Assembly: GCF_000143415.4 (NCBI RefSeq)
Contig: NW_003314330.1
Span: forward strand, 968,228-1,032,227
DNA from: Selaginella moellendorffii
Taxonomy: Eukaryota > Plantae > Lycopodiophyta
Reading direction: 5' to 3'
Length of the DNA stretch: 64,000 nt
The notes under the pieces were generated by a model, which had not been told where the DNA came from, did no database searches, and worked only from the letters and a program-made list of their open reading frames with translations. The position numbers were made by a program, and so were the translations under genes. Numbering within the stretch: the stretch's first letter is position 1; each line of letters starts with the position of its first letter. Positions 59,304 through 64,000 of the stretch are shown here, piece by piece.

Positions 59304-60240
59304 ATGGTGCATTTCGTGCTCGTCCATGGCGGTGGGGGAGGCGCTTGGTACTGGTTCAAGCTGGTCGATATGCTGCTCAGCTCCGGGCACGAAGTAGAGG
59401 CGCTCAATCTCGCGGCTTCGGGAATCGACACCAGGACTCCTGCGGATGTTTTCTCCTTAGACGACTATAATCAGCCGCTGCTGGAGTACCTGGCCGCGCT
59501 GCCGGAGAATGACAAGGTTTAGTCTTGTGTGTGTGTGTGTGTGTGTGTTTGCATTGCTGCTCCAAAGATGATCTTGTTGCTCTGGAATATCAGGTGATTC
59601 TTGTGAGTCATAGCCTCGGAGGCAGGAGCGCGGCCTATGCGACTGAGCTTCATCCAGACAAGATCGCGCTGGCTGTGTATCTGGCAGCTCCATTTTGCTC
59701 CAACCATCTAGGCCCTGAGGTTAAATTACTGTTCAAAGGCTCTAATCTTACTGACAGGCTTTGCATTTTGCAGTTTTGGTATGAACGCATCAAAGACACT
59801 TCTGTGTATGATCTCTTTTACGAGCGTGGGAAGGACAATCTGCCTACAGCCGTCATGAAAAAAAAGAGCCTAGATCCCGATTACGCCCATCAACTGTGTT
59901 CGTCCGAGGTACATATTTTTGACACTAGCCCGAGCTAGCGTTCTTCTGGTTCCAGGATCGGACGCTGAGCAGGATGCTTGACAGGGCAATTCCCACCGCG
60001 GCCCTGTTTGGAAGCTTCACAAACACGGAGGAGAAGTATGGGAGTGTCCCGCTGGTGTACATCAAAACATTGCAGGATTTGGCGTGCCCTCCAGAAATGC
60101 AGGACAAGTGGATCGCGACTCATCCATTTGGGAACCTGAAAGAGGTTGTGACCATCGATTCGGATCATTGTGCAGCTTTGTCGGCTCCTTCCCGGCTGCA
60201 CGACCTCCTCATTCAGGTCGTAGAAGCTCATGCGTCGTAA
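59304..60240 (+). CDS. Methylesterase (MES/SABP2-like alpha/beta hydrolase), spliced
   Basis: HFVLVHG...AWYW, SHSLGG nucleophile motif, QD, SDH; (GT)n in intron 1. Confidence 0.9.
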
Positions 60241-60627
60241 GGTTTTGGAGCTCTAAACATGTTATAAGGATTTTAATGTATATGCCATTTTTATACAGGT
60301 TTCTTCTTCTTTTTTTTCTCAAATTGCCTTTAATGAAAATATTTTGAGCTGACTGATAAGTCTTCTTACGAGAAACAGGCTTGAAAAGGCAAACCTTAAT
60401 CCCCAATGGAGAGGTAATTATATCCTTGTAATCAAGTCCTAAGATAAACAGCGCGCTAGAGGTGGATTTAGAGTTTGATTCCAAACAGTCGCAACCAAAG
60501 AAACAGAAATGGAATAAAATAAAATCAAGCTCGTTTTACATATCAAAGAATTCCATTCCCTTTAAATTAGAGTACTTTATAAAAGGACTTCTTCCATTTC
60601 TTGTAAAACCTATCGACTGCAAAGAGA

Positions 60628-61596
60628 ATGGAGAAGATCCAGACAATCACGGGATGGGTGCAAGAGCTCGTCGCCGCTGGCCCGCGAACTCCTGAGCAGC
60701 TGCTGGGCAAGAGGTGTAGCAGCTGCTCCAAGCGGGTGATGTCCTTCTGCATCACCTGCGAGGCCGTGGTCTGCAAGCGCTGCCACGGCGGGCGCCGCAG
60801 CAAGCACCATGTCCTGCGGATCGTCTTGACGTCGCGGGAGATGTCCGTCAAGGTCAAAGACATCGATCGCCTGGTGGACGTGAGCGACGTGCACATGTAC
60901 TTCTTCAACGAGGCCTTCTCCGTCTTCCTCGACAGGCCGGCTCCCAGGATGAAGCCCCGGGGGAGGCCCAAACACTGCATCTTGTGTGGCCGCGAGCTCA
61001 AGATGGGCAGCGTGATTCACCGCACCGCCCCGCAGCTCATCGACTTCGAAAGCGGCAAGTACAAGTTCTGCTGCATCGGCTGCAAGATGCGATTCATCGA
61101 GCAGCACCCACAGGATGGCTACACACTCTCTGTGAATGCCCATGAAGATGGCGATGTCCCACTGCCAGAATATCGAAGTGATGAAGACGAGGGCGATGAG
61201 AGCCAGCAAGACGAGAATGATCAAAGCGAAGAGAATGACGAGGAGGAGGACGAGTCGATGGAACTAGGGCAATCGAGTGCAAGCACCTTGTCCGGATCAA
61301 AGGTGGAGAAAGGGATGGCTGTGAAGCTTGGGCCTTTGGCGAAAGGGACGTTGTCCAAGTTTAGGGACGGGAGGAACGTGGAAGGGATTGAGCTGAGCTT
61401 GTCGCTGTGTAGAGCTGGGAAGAGAAAAGTTGACGAGGGTCCTCTACCTCATGGGAAGCTGGCCAAGCTCAGGGATAGCCAGGATTTGGAGGAGATTCAG
61501 CTTAGTCTGGCTCCTCCATCAATGGCTAATGTGTATGAGACCAAGAGTTTTGTAGATTTTTCTGATCATTGCAACCCATGGATAAATATATATTAG
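60628..61596 (+). CDS. PLATZ zinc-binding transcription factor, intronless
   Basis: FCITC..VCKRC..H..HHVLRI; LVDVSDVHMY.FN...VFL..P; CILCGREL; KFCCIGCK. Confidence 0.85.
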   Translation: MEKIQTITGWVQELVAAGPRTPEQLLGKRCSSCSKRVMSFCITCEAVVCKRCHGGRRSKHHVLRIVLTSREMSVKVKDIDRLVDVSDVHMYFFNEAFSVFLDRPAPRMKPRGRPKHCILCGRELKMGSVIHRTAPQLIDFESGKYKFCCIGCKMRFIEQHPQDGYTLSVNAHEDGDVPLPEYRSDEDEGDESQQDENDQSEENDEEEDESMELGQSSASTLSGSKVEKGMAVKLGPLAKGTLSKFRDGRNVEGIELSLSLCRAGKRKVDEGPLPHGKLAKLRDSQDLEEIQLSLAPPSMANVYETKSFVDFSDHCNPWINIY

Positions 61597-62293
61597 TGTA
61601 TTCAACACATAACAAATATACACTGGTGTAATTCTTGCTCATTGTTTAACTATTATCTTGAACTCGAATTATATTTTTTATTTTGTCTATGTGTGTAACA
61701 TAATACATTTGGTTGAAAATGCTTTAAAAATATGTTTTGATAGAATTCACCAAATTGCAAGAAAGGAATGTTTTAAATATATAATTTCTATTTTTACAAT
61801 AGATATTAAGAGATTAAATCACACTTGACCTTTCGAAATATAATTGATACAATATTTCCATCTGTTTTATCTTATATTCATAATCTTCATCATTTATATC
61901 ATTTTTATAGGATCATTTTTATAATTTTTGATATAACAAAATTGAAAAGAATATTTATTTAATAATTATTACTAAATAAAAGGTATAAAAAATCAAATAT
62001 ATCCAATAAAAAATTCATTAATATAACTTTTTATTTAAATTTAATCGAGGATGAATAAGCTAATGGTGATAATGTAAGAAAAATACTAGATAATTCATAT
62101 TTTACTTCTATTCAAATTTTCATGTGATTTATTAGAATAGTTGGTGGTTATTATACTATTGAGTTTATTGGAAAGCTTTCAACACCCATACATGATAATC
62201 ACTACATTAATTAGTACTACTCTCAATTCTCATTCCATAGTTTCCACCAAACTTTATAGTTAAAAAATATAAATATTAATATAATATTAAGAA

Positions 62294-62642
62294 AATAATT
62301 AAAAAATGTTTAATTAAATGATTAATTAAGTTTAAACATCTTATTTAAATTTGCTATATATATAAATTTGCTATATATATATATGATGGCAGTAGTTTTT
62401 GGGATGACCTTAAACTGGAAGAATCCCTACTTTGCATTCCTGACCTTAGCTTGGCTCAAGCTAAATATGCAAATTTGAAATTGATAATTAAAAAATGTTT
62501 TAATTAAATGATTAATTAAGTTTAAACATCTTATTTAAATTTGCTATATATGTATATATGATGGCAGTAGTTTTTGGGATGACCTTAAACTGGAAGAATC
62601 CCTACCTTGCATTCCTTACCTTAGCTTGGCTCAAGCTAAATA
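62294..62642 (+). repeat. Two-copy ~170 bp tandem duplication
   Basis: 62294-62467 is repeated at 62484-62642. Confidence 0.85.
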
Positions 62643-64000
62643 GTCAATTGGCTTCATTGACATTGGGCAACTTTGCATATATCAGCACCAATATCCATCC
62701 GCAAGATATAAGAATTAGTAATAGACATAATTATAATAAGAAATCCCTCACCTAAAGTGCATGCCTCTTGGAGACAGTTGCAAATATAGATATGATATGG
62801 ATCACTAACACTTAAAACAATCTAACAAATCTCCCTGTCAAGATGTATGAGTGATGTGATCTTGAATGTGGTTACCTTAAGCTCTAGCCAACTCACATTT
62901 GAGGGTGAGGTCAAAATAGAGAAGGTACCAATCAATAAAACCCTATATCCTGTTGAGACCTCCTTTATATGCTATGTTATTTGAATGCTATCTTGTATAA
63001 AAGCACTGAAGTTTAAAGCTATAAAGAAGATCAAAAACAATGAAGTTAGAGTTATATAGATCCACTTACCTCTAAAAAGAGACACTCTTAATAAGGCTTG
63101 ATGCTTTTGGCATCTAGGATTATAATATCATTGTGCATGAGGCTAGACACTAGCCAATAAAAATCCTATGTTAAAATTAAAACCAAAAACAAGGAGTAAC
63201 AGTCACAAGTAAAATTAAAATTCACTTGAAGTTCTGCTCAAACAAATTTTGAGGAATGTGTAGCAGTCTAGCATGGACACCCTTCTTACATCCATAGACT
63301 TTATGCTAGTTCTAAACTTAAATATATTGTTCCACTATTGCTATAAGTTTTGAGATGAGGACCTCTAAGAATCTATAGAGATCTAATTGGTTGGATTGAA
63401 AAGTTGCTCCAACTCTAATTTTTAGAGGAGATGCTGGTAAAACCATTTAAAGCACTCTTAAACCTTTTACCACCACCTCTTTATCTTTTGCAAAATGGGA
63501 AAAAGTTGTAAAAACAAAAAAATTGTATACACTAGAAAGAACTTGTCTAATTACATGTGGATGAATGAATTCTACTTAGTGTTCATGTCTTCCTTAATAC
63601 AATTAAAATATGTAGTAAAGTTGCCCCTTATTAGTGTTAGCTAGCCAAAACATTTTACTATTGAGGTGTAAAGTATCCTTTCACATGTTGGTGGATAAAG
63701 CAGTAGTAACTACATAATGGGAATACCCATTTATTATTGCATGAACCCACAGGTTCTATAGTACCAACATACAGGATTAAAAATAGATGTGTTAAATTTC
63801 AAGCACTACTTAGAAGAATCTGCTATATGTTATCATCAATATGCCAGAGGTGCATGTAATAATCACCAATTTATCATGTATTGGAAACATCTCCCATGGC
63901 ACTCTAGGTTGATAAAGTCAAATGTCTTATAGACCTTCTTAGCAAAGATTTCAAAACCCACTTGCCTCAATGCTTTATATGAATTCCAGATTCCTTAGTG

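Overview
Eukaryotic plant genomic DNA, not prokaryotic. Very short GT-AG introns, S-motif-rich PPR genes and dense gene packing suggest a lycophyte such as Selaginella (inference). 1-6.5 kb holds an RRM/Gly-rich gene, a CCCH-RRM gene and a PPR gene. 5.6-42 kb is a three-unit tandem segmental duplication of a defence-like cassette (2OG dioxygenase, secreted jacalin, PR-1/CAP) with reciprocal pseudogenisation. Unit 1 is interrupted by an ~18 kb transposon nest: a hAT remnant hosts a Ty3/gypsy chromovirus (13380-30398, TSD CCCTC), which hosts a solo LTR, two 5S-bearing Cassandra TRIMs and a non-coding LARD. 43-62 kb holds single-copy genes: UPF0426, RID3/IPI3-like WD40, an atypical Dicer-like gene, ALG9, PLAC8, F-box, a TPR-SET pseudogene, an IFR-like reductase, a methylesterase and PLATZ. 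Top candidates for novelty: (1) an intact DCL1-derived gene with no helicase, no PAZ core and a Glu->Gln change at an RNase IIIb catalytic position; (2) a covarying double-pseudoknot RNA module, preceded by tRNA T-arm hairpins, shared by the chromovirus and the LARD; (3) matching termini, PBS and PPT that link Cassandra to the chromovirus. All family assignments come from recognised motifs; no searches were run.
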